DNA from: Rhynchobatus australiae | Lineage: Eukaryota | NCBI GenBank assembly: GCA_034780895.1 | Contig: JAUZTB010000070.1 | Coordinates: 23,124,717 to 23,188,716, forward strand | Length of the DNA: 64,000 bases | Direction of reading: 5' to 3' | Part shown: piece after piece, positions 13,342 through 25,812 of the stretch | Position numbering within the stretch: the first letter of the stretch is position 1 | Layout: every line of letters begins with the position of its first letter | Translations under genes and position numbers: made by a program | The notes under the pieces: generated by a model | Databases searched by the model: none | Told to the model about the DNA's origin: nothing | What the model saw: the letters and a program-made list of their open reading frames with translations, nothing else

Positions 13342-13668
13342 CAGAGTTAAACAGCAGGAAATCAGGCCCTTTGGCCCAATAAGTCCACGTTGACCAACAA
13401 ACACACATTTACACTAATCCTATATTAATTCCATTTTAATCTGCTCACAACCCATTAATCTCCTTCAGATTCTACTACTCACCCACATATCAGAGGCAAT
13501 TTACAATGGCCAATAAATCAACCATCCCACGTGTCTTTGCGATGTGGGAGGAAACCCATGGGGTTATAGGAAGAATGTGCAAACTCCATTGAGACAGGTC
13601 AATATTGAACTGGAGTTGCTGGTGCAGTGATGCAGTAGTTCTATTAGCTACACCAGCATGTGCCACCC
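13342..13668 (-). mobile_element. V-SINE (HE1-like) inserted into a Penelope pLTR remnant
   Basis: tgtgggaggaaaccc...tgtgcaaactcc core with CR1-like tail; it interrupts gatgctgcctgacc|tgttgagt...agcattttctg. Confidence 0.65.
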
Positions 13669-13869
13669 AGAAAGGTGTTGAGTGTTTTGAGCATTTTCTG
13701 CTCTTTTTTTTGTTTCCCAGTATTTGCAGTTTTCTGATGAAAACTGAACACTTAAAGTAAAATAAGCATCTGCAGCTTTTTTATTTTTGAGCTAGGGAAT
13801 ATAATTCCTTCTCATAAGACAAACCCACCACCCAGAAGCCAGATTACTAATTTTTTTTGTTAAACACAC

Positions 13870-14940
13870 TCCTATGACAAGGACTTCCTTTTCAGACAAG
13901 GAGATCAGAACTGCACATAATATTCCAAGTACAGTCTCATCATGGTTGTATATATTTAAAGTACGACAAATCTACCTCTGTACTCAAGTCCTCACATTAG
14001 ACCATTTGCCTTCTTAATTGTTTGATGCAGTTGCACGTTAGCTTTCAATGAGTTGCTTACAAGGATAACTGGTCCCTTTGAACATCATTTCCCAAACTAT
14101 CTCCACTTAAGTAAAAATGACTATTTTTCTTTCCAGTGCATTGGATTGGATGACCTCATGTTTTCCTGCATTATATTCCATTTGCCATGTCCTTGCCCAC
14201 TCACTTCGTTTTTCCAGGTCTCATTGAAGCCCTATTACATNNNNNNNNNNNNNNNNNNNNNNNNNNNNNNNNNNNNNNNNNNNNNNNNNNNNNNNNNNNN
14301 NNNNNNNNNNNNNNNNNNNNNNNNNNNNNNNNNNNNNNNNTGCAGCCCTATTACATCCTCTTCCATACTCACAATCCCACCTAGCTTTGCATCATGAGCA
14401 AATTGGAAATATTATCATCGACCAGAGCGCTGACCAGTCTGCAAACAGCTGGGACTCAAGCATCAATCCTTGCAATATGCAACTGGTCACCGCCTGCTGA
14501 CATGAGCATGACCCGTTACTCCCTCTCTTTTCTTTAGGACTGATAACCAGTACATGATCTCTGCCATCACATTATCCTCAATGTATTCTAGCTTTGCCAA
14601 GTGACCTCCTGTATGGGACTTTTTCAAAAGCCTTCTGAAAATCTAAAGATGTGCCATCCACTGGTTCCCCTTTATCTATTTTACAAGTCACATCCTCATT
14701 GAACTCCAATAGATTAGAAAAAGATAATTTTCCTTTCATAAATGCATGCTGTTTCCGCTCAATCCTATTATTTGTTTCTAGATATTCTGTTATTACAGCC
14801 TTCATTTTCAGTATTTTCCCTATTACTGATGTTGGGCTAACAGATGGCTCCCCATTTTCTGCAGGAACCATTCTGGAATCTATAGAAATTTTACTGATGA
14901 TAGCCTAACTCTATAGCCAACTCTTTGGTCTCAACAACTT
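13870..14940 (-). mobile_element. Decayed CR1 reverse transcriptase fragment
   Basis: ORF 14578..14871 gives TSVIGKIL...QHAFMKGKLSFSNLLEF...DKGEPVD..LDFQKAFEKVP. Confidence 0.85.
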
Positions 14941-15819
14941 CCCTGGTACTCTTTTTTTTCCCTGAGAGCAATTTCCTTTAGTACCTTATTCTTGCCAGAA
15001 TACAAAGTCTTCAGTATTTCTGGCAGAACTTGCTGTCTTCTTAATTAAAAAGTATTCTGGTTTTTGTAATTACATTTTGGGATTGATTCGCACTATGGCA
15101 GCACAGTAGTTATGACAGTTGACTAGAAATTCAAAGGCCAAGGCTAATAACTTAGAGATACGAGTTCAAATCGCAACACCAGAGTTAGGAAATTTAATTT
15201 CATTTAATTGCTCTAACAATGCCAATAATCAGAGAACAAATCATTGTTTAATGGGGAAAGCAGAAGAGCATGGCTGGATCATCATGAAATGATTTCCAGC
15301 ATCTGCATTTTTTTAAATTTTCATTTACTGCAGTGAAAGGAGAAGCAGATTTCTGGTGAAAGGAGAGTGGTAAATAGGATTGACTTGACCTATTGAGGGA
15401 CTCCCCCATGTCTTGCAATGCTAGTTTTATAAACACAGAATTTGGTGGTTTATGATTAATTTCTGGTTATATATCACTGCATCTTTCTGTATATCTGTCT
15501 TAAAGCAAAGAAAATTGCCGAATGGCAGAAGTAGTGACAGATAAAAGCTTTCAAAAGATTAACTACATTTTAATTGATAAAAGAATCAAATCAGGATGAG
15601 GACAATTTTCTGTCAGTGTTTCTATCATCTTTATATTTCCCTAACATTATTATGAATTTGTGTCTGAAGTTACGCTAAGGCAAGTTTTAGAACTTGAGAG
15701 CAGGGATACTGCCTGCTCTTATGGTCTTTTTTTCCCCCCCAGAGGATATATGGCCTTTCCAACTCCTTGTCAGTCAGGGTGGCAGAAAGGTTGTACTAGA
15801 TAGTTTGTTATGAAATGAA

Positions 15820-17330
15820 TGCTCCTTCCACTGAAGATTGACTGCCTCTCTGTCTTTGATAGGTTCGTTTCCATTGTTGGGTCTTATGGCATTGGGGGAG
15901 AAGGTGGCATGGGAGGGGGGTGGTGGAGATAGAGGACTTTGGGTATTTGGCTGTATACGTCTTTGACAGTACTGAAGAATGTGCACATGGTTATCAGAGA
16001 GATGCTGGACCTCATGTATTCTTTTCACCACCATTTGTTCTTTAGGTCATGAATTTTTTGTTGCCAGTAGAGGTGTTTCTTTTCCTTTGGGGGTTTTAGA
16101 TTTGGAGTTAATTTACTCCCAGATCTCTTCATGCCTCTCGTCAAACCAGCCTTGGTGTTTTCTGGTCCAGAAGCCAAGAGACTCTTCACAGGTACTAATT
16201 ACGATGGACTGCAGGGCAGTCCAGGTGCTGTGGGCACTCCGTGTCTCCTGTTGGTTGAGGGTCCTCAGGTTATCTATCTGGGAATATCTATCCTAGCAGG
16301 TCCTTGTGGCCTTCTAAATNNNNNNNNNNNNNNNNNNNNNNNNNNNNNNNNNNNNNNNNNNNNNNNNNNNNNNNNNNNNNNNNNNNNNNNNNNNNNNNNN
16401 NNNNNNNNNNNNNNNNNNNAGCAGGTCCTTGTGGCCTTCTAAATTGATTTTCCTGCTGCAGTGTCTCTATTGCTCCAATTGTTTTGCGGCTGGCAGATAG
16501 AGATAACAGACTGAATTAGGATCGGTCCTTGGTACCTGCCGTGGTGTGCTCAGTCTCCCGCTCAGATGACGATATAATCTAACAAGTGCCAGTGTCTGGA
16601 TCAGGATGTTCTTGTATCTTGTGTTCATCTCTCCGACAAAACAGGGTGTCGGTTGGCTGTGACAAAATTACGCTCCAAGAGTTTTGCGAGGAGGACGAGT
16701 CTGTTAAGCTTTCCCTTCTTTCCAATCACATCCTGCCAGACGGATACATGTTTTTCAAATCTGGCATTGATATAACCCAGGAGTTTCAGTTTCTCTCTAT
16801 CTGAAATGCTAGCCAGGAATTTTTTCCTGGGCCACATCCATAACTTTTAGGTTTAGGTGATATGTGCTGATAACTGCATTGAGCTAGTTCCATGATAGAG
16901 TGAGCTAGTGGGCAATGAGATTATCACATCCCACGGGGTAGTCTCAGAGACACCAGACTTGCTCAGTCTTGATGGCAAAGCACATCCTATGAAGGTGGCA
17001 TTTCTCATCCAGTTTGCCTTTCCAGCTGGCATCTCCTGCCTGTCGTGTCTCACTCAAGCCGGCAATGACAAAGTGTTTGAGCTCCCAGGCTGTGATAGCA
17101 GAGCAAAGGTTAGGTCTGTCACTGTTGGGGTTGTCCACAAGCAAACNNNNNNNNNNNNNNNNNNNNNNNNNNNNNNNNNNNNNNNNNNNNNNNNNNNNNN
17201 NNNNNNNNNNNNNNNNNNNNNNNNNNNNNNNNNNNNNNNNNNNNNNACTGATGTTCCAGGTCCTGAATGTCACATTGAGAAGTAGAAGTTGCCTGTGTGC
17301 AATTTATTTTAACATTAAATACAATTACCA
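15820..17330 (-). mobile_element. Decayed RTE-clade LINE, 5' half (APE endonuclease and linker)
   Basis: Frameshifted remnants TFRTWNI, LLVDNPNSDRP, AGLSETRQAG, KLKLLGYINARF, HWHLLDYIVI, IKDREAVNLQWKEH match RTE ORF order. Confidence 0.8.
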
Positions 17331-18763
17331 CATGGACCTGATAGTCCTTCATCCAGAGACAAGGGGATCAGACAGTACTGAAGATCAAACAATGCTACAT
17401 GGATAGCCCAACATGAACACTTTAGGTGCATGTAGTCATGTGTGCAGTCACTGGTCAGCACATTCAGAGTCAGATATATACACTTTTGGGCTTAGGCACA
17501 GATGCCTTTGCCCGTTATCTCCCTCGCTCACCCACCCTTCCCTTAATCCCTTTCACCTATGATTCTCCTTGTCCCCAAAATCACTTCTCCTACTGACCTC
17601 CTTGCCCTCATGTCCTTCTCACACCCTACCTCAGACCTCACAATCCCCTTCCGTTCTATTGCACGCTGCCCTCTTTGTCCTTCCCTGCATGATAAGTTTC
17701 TTTCCTCTGGTCCTCCATCCTTCACACCCTTCTCCTGCTTTACCCTGCCATTACCTCCCTTGATCTCCAGCATGAAGAAACCAATCATAACCAGGTGCTG
17801 TTGCTGAGCAGCCTTTCCTTAGCAACAGGTCATACTGGGTATGGGGCGCCTGATGACGACAGTTGTATGTCAGTGGGTGGATACCATATTGTTGCTCTAC
17901 ACAGGTGCACTCACTTTAACTGCAGTCGTAATAGCATGCACCCTCTACTGTAATGCACATTACGCACATAAAGAGAAAAGTGACAGAATGATGTTATTAA
18001 GGGAGATAAAACAGAATTTTTTTTTACATCTCCAATAGTAATTAAAATCTGAAGGAAACGACCCCTCACTAAATTTTCTATGCTAGTAGACTACTTGGCA
18101 GCAATTAAGACAACATTTCATGTTGTCTCAAAAGCTTAAACTATGACTTTACTTTTTGACAAGAACCATGATTTTGAAAGCTGAAAGCAGCCATCACTGC
18201 CCAAACATCCATAGAACATAATTTTCCAGAATGCATAATTTGGACAGCTTATAAAATAGATATACGTCTTTGAAGACTGCGGTGAGCTAGAGATAATATG
18301 ATAGTGGTGATACCAACTAACAAGATGGTGAAAATATTACAGCAAGTTAATGCAGTATTTAAAAGGGTTCGTTACACCCTAGACTATAATTTATCTGTAC
18401 AGATTGCAGTTTCTCTGTGCATGCTCACATTTAGGTAATGTCAAGGTAATTACAGAATGATTTTGAGTATTAACATAAAAATTTATGCTNNNNNNNNNNN
18501 NNNNNNNNNNNNNNNNNNNNNNNNNNNNNNNNNNNNNNNNNNNNNNNNNNNNNNNNNNNNNNNNNNNNNNNNNNNNNNNNNNNNNNNNNNNNNNNNNNNN
18601 NNNNNNNNNNNNNNNNNNNNNNNNNNNNNNNNNNNNNNNNNNNNNNNNNNNNNNNNNNNNNNNNNNNNNNNNNNNNNNNNNNNNNNNNNNNNNNNNNNNN
18701 NNNNNNNNNNNNNNNNNNNNNNNNNNNNNNNNNNNNNNNNNNNNNNNNNNNNNNNNNNNNNNN

Positions 18764-18774
18764 GATATAGATAT

Positions 18775-18807
<33 letters not shown>

Positions 18808-18816
18808 TATATATAT
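18764..18816. repeat. Compound microsatellite (TACA)n(CA)n(TA)n beside a gap
   Basis: Direct reading. Confidence 0.9.
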
Positions 18817-18863
18817 GGAACAAAATCTTAACTACATATTTTCCTAAATACTTAGTAACTTAC

Positions 18864-18986
18864 CTGATGGACTGGGAAATAAGAGATGTACTTGGTTGGA
18901 TCAGGTGATCTCACAGCATGTGCTATCTCTGTGCAACAGGCTAAAACTTGCCAAGGTTCATCTGCATTCATCCACCACTTCCTCCC
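18864..18986 (-). CDS. POLRMT: POLRMT exon 11 (123 nt): GRKWWMNADEPWQVLACCTEIAHAVRSPDPTKYISYFPVHQ
   Basis: cctcag acceptor, CAG|GTAAGT donor; conserved WW..A.EPWQ.LA motif. Confidence 0.97.
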
Positions 18987-19661
18987 CTGAGGAAAGCAAA
19001 CAGCAGTTTAGATACACCAACACATCATCTTATGTAAACAGCATTAATCAAAGGCAAATGATACCCATATTTCTATTTCTCTCTGCCTCTTTTTAATGAG
19101 GACTTGACCATTTAAATCAAAAATAATATTTAACTGTTACAGTGGGAAAAAAATCTTCATTTAAAACAGCATTCATTTTTATGCAATGCTCTGGTAACTC
19201 AAAACTCAATTAATCCACAAACTCCTTGGCAACTACCCTCATTCTACTTTCTGTAACTTTGAAATCATCCAAAACTCTGGAGTCTTGGATAGGCAAGGTT
19301 TCTTGAGACTATAATTGAATTATCAAATGATACCAAAGGTGAATATGGCCCTATCTCATCCTACAAGTATACATCATTTTAGCTGACTCCAATGTTGTAA
19401 ATAATTGATAAGAGCAAATATTGCAGAGGTTCTTTCCCTCATGGGGATAGCTTCACATGCAGAGGTAGCAATCACTCNNNNNNNNNNNNNNNNNNNNNNN
19501 NNNNNNNNNNNNNNNNNNNNNNNNNNNNNNNNNNNNNNNNNNNNNNNNNNNNNNNNNNNNNNNNNNNNNNNNNNNNNNNNNNNNNNNNNNNNNNNNNNNN
19601 NNNNNNNNNNNNNNNNNNNNNNNNNNNNNNNNNNNNNNNNNNNNNNNNNNNNNNNNNNNNN

Positions 19662-20420
19662 GTTATCCATTACTTCATTAGCATACGAAAGTCTCTCTTT
19701 GAGGGAACATGATTTTTTGAACCCAGTTAAATTAACAAGATGAATTTTCAACCAATTTAACCCATGTTCTCCCAATGGCTTTCCTTCTGCAAATAACAAT
19801 ACAGAACGAGTAACGTCACTGCCTAAGTGATTAAAGTATGGTGGGCAAGGGTATGTCCTTCCTCGAAAGTCCATGTTGTGAGGAAACCAGAATATTTCAT
19901 CTCTGATATGATTGGCAATGGAAAGCTTATAAAGGGCATCCATTCGAAGGCTGTGCATTTCAGCTGACCTTTTCCTGACCCAAGCAATTTTTCTTTTCAA
20001 TAAAGATTTTGCTGCTGGACTCATATTGCATTTTCGATCATGCTTGGGCATATCTGGAGCTTCAGAGAGCGGAGGTGGAATCTCCAGCTTCTCGCTTCCT
20101 TTGTCATTAAAAATGGAGATAATTAAATCAAGTATTGGTTTGTTCACTTTCCAAGCACAGTTTCCAAGTTGACTGAGGGAATCTAATACTGCATGCAAGT
20201 CACTGCTGTTACACTTCTCCAAAAGCAACTGATGCTGTACAGCTCCTTCTATGCATCGCATCAGTTTGGTGGGAGTCAGAACATAGGCACCAAACCTAGG
20301 TGAAGTCCATGGGATGGGAGGACACATCATTGGCATGACAGATGAGTCAAAGATCAAAGTTGTCTCTGCAGCTTCTGAAAGGATTTGAGTTAGTATGGGA
20401 TGTGGCTTGATGAAACCAAT
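19662..20420 (-). CDS. POLRMT: POLRMT exon 10, visible part (759 nt; 3' end and donor lost in N gap): IGFIKPHP...PMMCPPIPWTSP...FWFPHNMDFRGRTYPCPPYFNHLGSD...GLNWLKIHL...EVMDN
   Basis: ttttacag acceptor; highly conserved T7-family motifs including DFRGR. Confidence 0.97.
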
Positions 20421-21029
20421 CTGTAAAAGAAAAATAAATTCTAAACTTTCAATAATAATTAGCCTAATGTTATTCATTTTTAGATTTTCCAGCTTTTTTT
20501 TAAAGAAGTGCAGATTTGCAACATATATTTTAAAAATGACAAAATAATCTATGTCTGCTATATCATTTACTATCTTAACATTAACAATTGAACATTTCTT
20601 TTTATGTACAAATTTCTACTCCTCAGTTAATCATTTTCAAACATTACTCCTCCTCTTCACACTGCTCCTATATTACTTGTTATGCCCCATTACTACATAA
20701 CAGACAAGTGCCTTTTGTAAAGTAATATGAACAGAGTCAAATTTTCTTTCCCAGATCACTACCCGCATTATTCAGTTATCCTACTAATATGTATTTTGCC
20801 TGAGGATGCAGTTGAAAATTGAAGGCATTTATTCACTGGGAAACAAAGGTGAGAGAAGCAGATTGGAAAGTTAAGAGGTGCCCTTACATAATATTCACCA
20901 CCAAAAATATGTATCCACTGTTACTCATATGTTATTATCCATCCGTGGCTGAGAATGAGTTTTTCCGTTTCCTGGCCCCACAGACAGTTACATAAGTGGC
21001 CTTTAGATTCAACTAAAATAAACTACAGA

Positions 21030-21325
21030 TATCCTGATGGGTCTTGAGAGGGTGGATGTGAGAGAATCCAGAATTAAGGGTTATTGTTTAAAAACTATGA
21101 CAGAGGTGAGGAAATTTTCTTTTCTCCCAATGGGTCATGGGTCTTTGGAACTCTTCCTCAAAGGGCAATGGAAGCAGTGCCTTTGAATACTTTAGGGCAG
21201 AGTTAAATAGGTTCTTGATAAGCTGCAGATGAAGTCACTACAGATCAGCCATGATTATATTGAATGGCAGAGCAGGCTTAAGGGTCAAGTGATCTATTCC
21301 TGCTTCTGAATCGCATGTTCATGCA
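21030..21325 (+). mobile_element. Decayed CR1 3' end
   Basis: gagagggtggatgtg...gatcagccatgattatattgaatggcagagcaggc tail. Confidence 0.65.
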
Positions 21326-21999
21326 TTTTAGATTATAACAAAAATACACATAAGGTATAACAGATTTGTTGAACCTCACATCATTTCACAAGTTTTCACC
21401 ACTTGAGTTAATACAATGAGTTAATAAAGATGCCCTGCCAGTGGATACAGACTCAACTGGCAATTGAGTAAATTATTGTTCTAGAAGAAATTGCTCAATG
21501 ACCATGATGGTAGCCTAAAGCATTGCTTTTCTGAATAAAGGCTAAATCTCCCATGGTGCAAATAGATGCCATCTAAAGGAAACAAGATTACTTACATTGC
21601 CACAAGCCCTGAGGAACAATTCTCAGGGCAAGTATGGGGTGATTAGAATGAGGTTTGTCTGGTCCACCAGGGGAATGGTGATAAAGGAAGAAAATGAATA
21701 CAGAACCCAACTTTGGAATATTTGCTAACTTTATCTGTTGATATTTCACAAGAAGCGTGTCTGCAAAGAGATTTGATCTTGAGCTGCCATGCCCAACAGG
21801 TAAAGATCAAGAAAGTTAACATTTGGTCCAGTCATAGCCATGGTAGCTATAGAATCATCTTTCTTTTATCACTGCTGGGTCAGCCCCCTAGAACTCCCTA
21901 CTTAATTGCAACATTGACTAATTAAAAAATAACATAACACATGAATGGATGAACTGCATGAATGGATAGATTGAAAATTTCTTGTTTATATGGTTGTAA

Positions 22000-22250
22000 A
22001 GAAACATGGAAATGAAAGCAGGAGAAGCCCATTTGGCCCTTCAAACCAGCTTCACCATTCAATATGTTTCTGCTTTCTTCCCATATCCCTTGATCTCTTT
22101 AGCTCCAAGAATCATGTCCAACTCCTTCCTGAATATACTGAATGATGTGGCTTCAACTGATCTCTGTGGTAGAGAATTGCACAGGTTTACCACTCTCTGG
22201 GTGAAGAAGTTTCTCATCTCAGTCCTACACGGCCTACTCCTTATCTTTCA
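22000..22250 (-). mobile_element. CR1 3' tail
   Basis: ctctgtggtagagaattgcacaggtttaccactctctgggtgaagaagtttctcatctcagtcc, shared with 29500, 33860 and 37070. Confidence 0.7.
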
Positions 22251-23814
22251 GTTGCCTTAATGGGCAGATATGCATTTCTAATAATTCATATTTCTAGCAT
22301 TTTTTTCCATTCTTCTCTGCAGTATAAGTACAGGTTTCCATTATTCAATGTAACGTGGAACCAGTTTAAATACCACTTGCAATCTCAGCAGCCTGATGTT
22401 GCTGGTTCAGTAAAAGTCAGTAAATTAATCAAAATGAGGCTGTGATTGAGCCTTGTTAATCATCACAATGTTTCATTCTTTGTTTCAAAAATTCTTAAAT
22501 GACCTTTATAATTGCAGTGGCACATTCTTGATTGGATTCTGAAAGTTAGTTATTAATATCCATTTAAATAGGCATTAAAATTTTGAAGAAATCCAAATAT
22601 ACCACCTTAAGCTTTTAATAATCAGGTTGTAAAATTATTCCTTTCTGACAACATACAAAGAAAAAATCACTTTCTACCACACTTAACATAACAGAATCAT
22701 GATTCGCAATAAGAGATAGTGGGTCAGCTGGCACTGGATTTGGCTCATGCATTGCTATTGCCATCACCTGCCAACTCCAATATAGCCCTGCCACTGTATT
22801 TAGCTTTTATGGCTGCATAGTTCCCAACACACCGTCTGTGTTCCTGCTGTGGTCATTCCATGAGTAGAAACTAAGCCCCTGGTGATAGCAACCAAGTGCT
22901 TACCCACAGGGTGCCCTGACGGCTCATGCTATTAGGAGGCCAATTTACTCTTTCCAAATGTTTATGACCAGAGACAATTAGGTGAAAAATTAATAAAACT
23001 TAAAATAAATTCACAAAAACATTTAATTGATGAAAAGTAAAAAAAAACATTAATATTAATTAAAGTTTTTGCCTTAAAGAAAAACAATCTTCCAAATGAA
23101 GGTTGGCAACATGATTCAAATGAATGAGGCTGTGCTGGTTATGCCACCAGTTGCTGATTTAAGTGCAGGGGCCAGATATGAAGTGTATTCACCCTATCCA
23201 CTAAGGAGGATATGGAATACTCTTGGATTCAGCAGGAATTCCAGAATGGAGTGAGAGAACAGATATTCCTGCATCTGACCTCAGAAGTCACCTACTCCCA
23301 CACTACAGAGTTTAGGCACAGAAATCTGGAATGTACTTGTATAAAACTGTTAGTGGGTGGTCCTTTATGGATCTGGCCCAACAAATTAGCAGACTGTGAC
23401 ATCTCTACCCAAAGTCAAAACTACAGCATCCTACCATTCCAAGGTTTTTTAAATAAATAAAATGACAGCCAAATCCCTATTCTCCCGAAACATCTCAGTC
23501 TAGATATTGGATCCCAACAGAACATTTGGTTTTGAGTGCAGTGGGATCCTTTATGGTTGGTAAGTTACAAAATGGCAATTGTACCAGTTTTTGTTGCATT
23601 TAACGTTACAGCAGAAACTTTAACTGATATTTCCAGCTGTGTTTCATCCATGGGATGATCATTTGATTGACATATTCTATGAAGACGATTTCTTTATGGA
23701 GTATGTGAAAGAAAACCTGTTCTCACAATTAAAGATGCAAGCCAATAGATTAATGCAGATTCAAAATAACAGTACAAATCTATGTAAAATCTAAAAGGAA
23801 ATACTGTACCTTAC

Positions 23815-24054
23815 CTGTCTGTTACTACGAAAGCTATACATGTGGTACAAGGCAGGAATAAGACTTTTCTCATGAGTTTGGTTTGGGGTGTTTATGGGTA
23901 TTTTAATTTCACGAACCATCAGATTTACAAGATGAGTTCCCAATTGTACAATCAGAACATGTGGCCAAGAAGAATCATCACTGAATAGTGAAGGACCTGA
24001 ATTCATCTTTCTTTCCAGATGCATCATGTATGCACGAGGCAGGAAGTTGTTTAG
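23815..24054 (-). CDS. POLRMT: POLRMT exon 9 (240 nt): LNNFLPRAY...WPHVLIVQLG...LIPALYHMYSFRSNRQ (intercalating hairpin region)
   Basis: ttccag acceptor, CAG|GTAAGG donor; matches human LVPVLYHVYSFRNVQQ. Confidence 0.95.
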
Positions 24055-24232
24055 CTGGAAATGAAAGATAATTTAAACAATACGTTCATCATAAGTAATA
24101 ATCAAAGAAATAAAAAGGACTGAAGCAAGTTGAATTTACCCTCTGATGGCTTCTTAATATTACTGCTTATAAAATCCAATCTCCTACTTCTGCCTTTATC
24201 TAACCTTACATCCAATTAGATTTTTGCAAGCC

Positions 24233-24283
24233 CCTCTTAACTCCCTCACACATATTGTGCCTCTTAACTCCCTCAGCATATTG
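24233..24283. repeat. About 25-bp tandem duplication CCTCTTAACTCCCTCA(CA/G)CATATTG next to a Penelope pLTR remnant (24285-24450)
   Basis: Two copies at 24233-24257 and 24260-24283. Confidence 0.75.
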
Positions 24284-25641
24284 AAAATCAAAAACACTGC
24301 AGATGTTGGAAATCTACAACAGAAACAGAAAATGCTGGAAATACTCAGCAGGACAAGCAGCACGTGTGAAAAGAGAAAAAGGGATAACCCTTCAGGTCAG
24401 AACAAAACTGACTGACCTGCTGAGTGTTTCTAACATTCTGTTTCTTTTCAAAATTTTGTTTTGCGCTTACATCCCTTATTGCTTATTTTTCCTCCCAAGA
24501 CATTTAGTCCACACTGTTCTGCAGCAAATTGGATCTGTTGCTTGCCTGTCCAACACACAATGTGTCTATATTTCCTTAAATCTTTTGCAGTATCCCTCGG
24601 TTTGCCAAATTGCATCTTTCATGCTGTTAGAAAAAGCATCATTAAAACATCAAGAAACACCATACCATTATAGTTTAGCTCTTCTCTACTCCAAAGAACA
24701 TTTATTAACCCATCCCATTTCTCGTGTTAGTTAATTTCTGTTTATGTTGCTTTCTTTCCTCTCTCGATATGTTCCTGAATACTTGCAATTTAATAGGATT
24801 ATTCTGCGCACTAGGTCAAGATCTTGAATACATATACTTTCCCATATATCACTGAAATTTTACTGTTTCTGTTCCCTCTTACTTCAAATCCTTTAAAGTA
24901 TTATGCTTGTCATCTTCTCTACAAGCAATGCTCATGATTTGTAGACTTATAAAACAGACAAATACTGCTAAAAAATGATATATAATATTGAAATATTTGT
25001 AAAAATTATTAAGTTGGGGCACAATAACAATTATAACATTTATTCTTGATTCATTGAGAAACTTTTGATAAAATGAAGGAGAAAGCATCAATTTCATTTG
25101 TTACAAATTCAGTGTGGCTTACACAAATAATAATATGTGCTTTAATTTTTAATTCTAGAAAATATTCAGACAGGATTTTAACATATTATATTGGAGCAGA
25201 AAAGCAATTATCTTGATATATCCTGCTAATGGATAGTAGCCTTCAATCCAACAGATTGCCAATTTGACTACTTTCTTGTAAAGTCCAGATAAATGTACAT
25301 TAATTTCTTCATTACTATTATTTCGATTGCCTAAATATTGGTTAGTCCCTACTNNNNNNNNNNNNNNNNNNNNNNNNNNNNNNNNNNNNNNNNNNNNNNN
25401 NNNNNNNNNNNNNNNNNNNNNNNNNNNNNNNNNNNNNNNNNNNNNNNNNNNNNCACCATTTTCTTTTTTTTCAACTATTCAACAACATGATTAAGGTAGC
25501 AACATTTTCTTTGCTACTTGACTAGTAACTTTGATTGCCTAAACAAGTTTCCTCTTTACTCTACTTTTCTACTTTTTTTCTACAATCACTTTCTAATAAA
25601 ATTGCCTTTTTTCAATAAACAAATTAGTTAGTTGATATTAC

Positions 25642-25812
25642 CTCATTATCCTTAGCCAACAGTTCAGCATAGGCATGATAAATGTCTCTTATTTTGTCCA
25701 CCATCTCATTTTTAATCTTCTTTCGTATTGAATACTTGTTGTAGACTCTGTTGCCCAGTTCCTTTCCAATTATCACTAATGCCTCTCCATTTGGAGGGAT
25801 ACTGGGAATACA
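25642..25812 (-). CDS. POLRMT: POLRMT exon 8 (171 nt): CIPSIPPNGEALVIIGKELGNRVYNKYSIRKK...AELLAKDNE
   Basis: ttttcag acceptor, GAG|GTAATA donor; within ORF 25624..25839. Confidence 0.93.

Noticed and set aside
15100-15200. tRNA-like GAGTTCAAATC B-box
   Set aside because: Decayed SINE head with no cloverleaf; not a tRNA gene.
4375-20420. Phage T7-like RNA polymerase motifs as a sign of viral or plasmid integration
   Set aside because: The gene has spliceosomal introns with vertebrate POLRMT exon structure; it is the ordinary nuclear gene.
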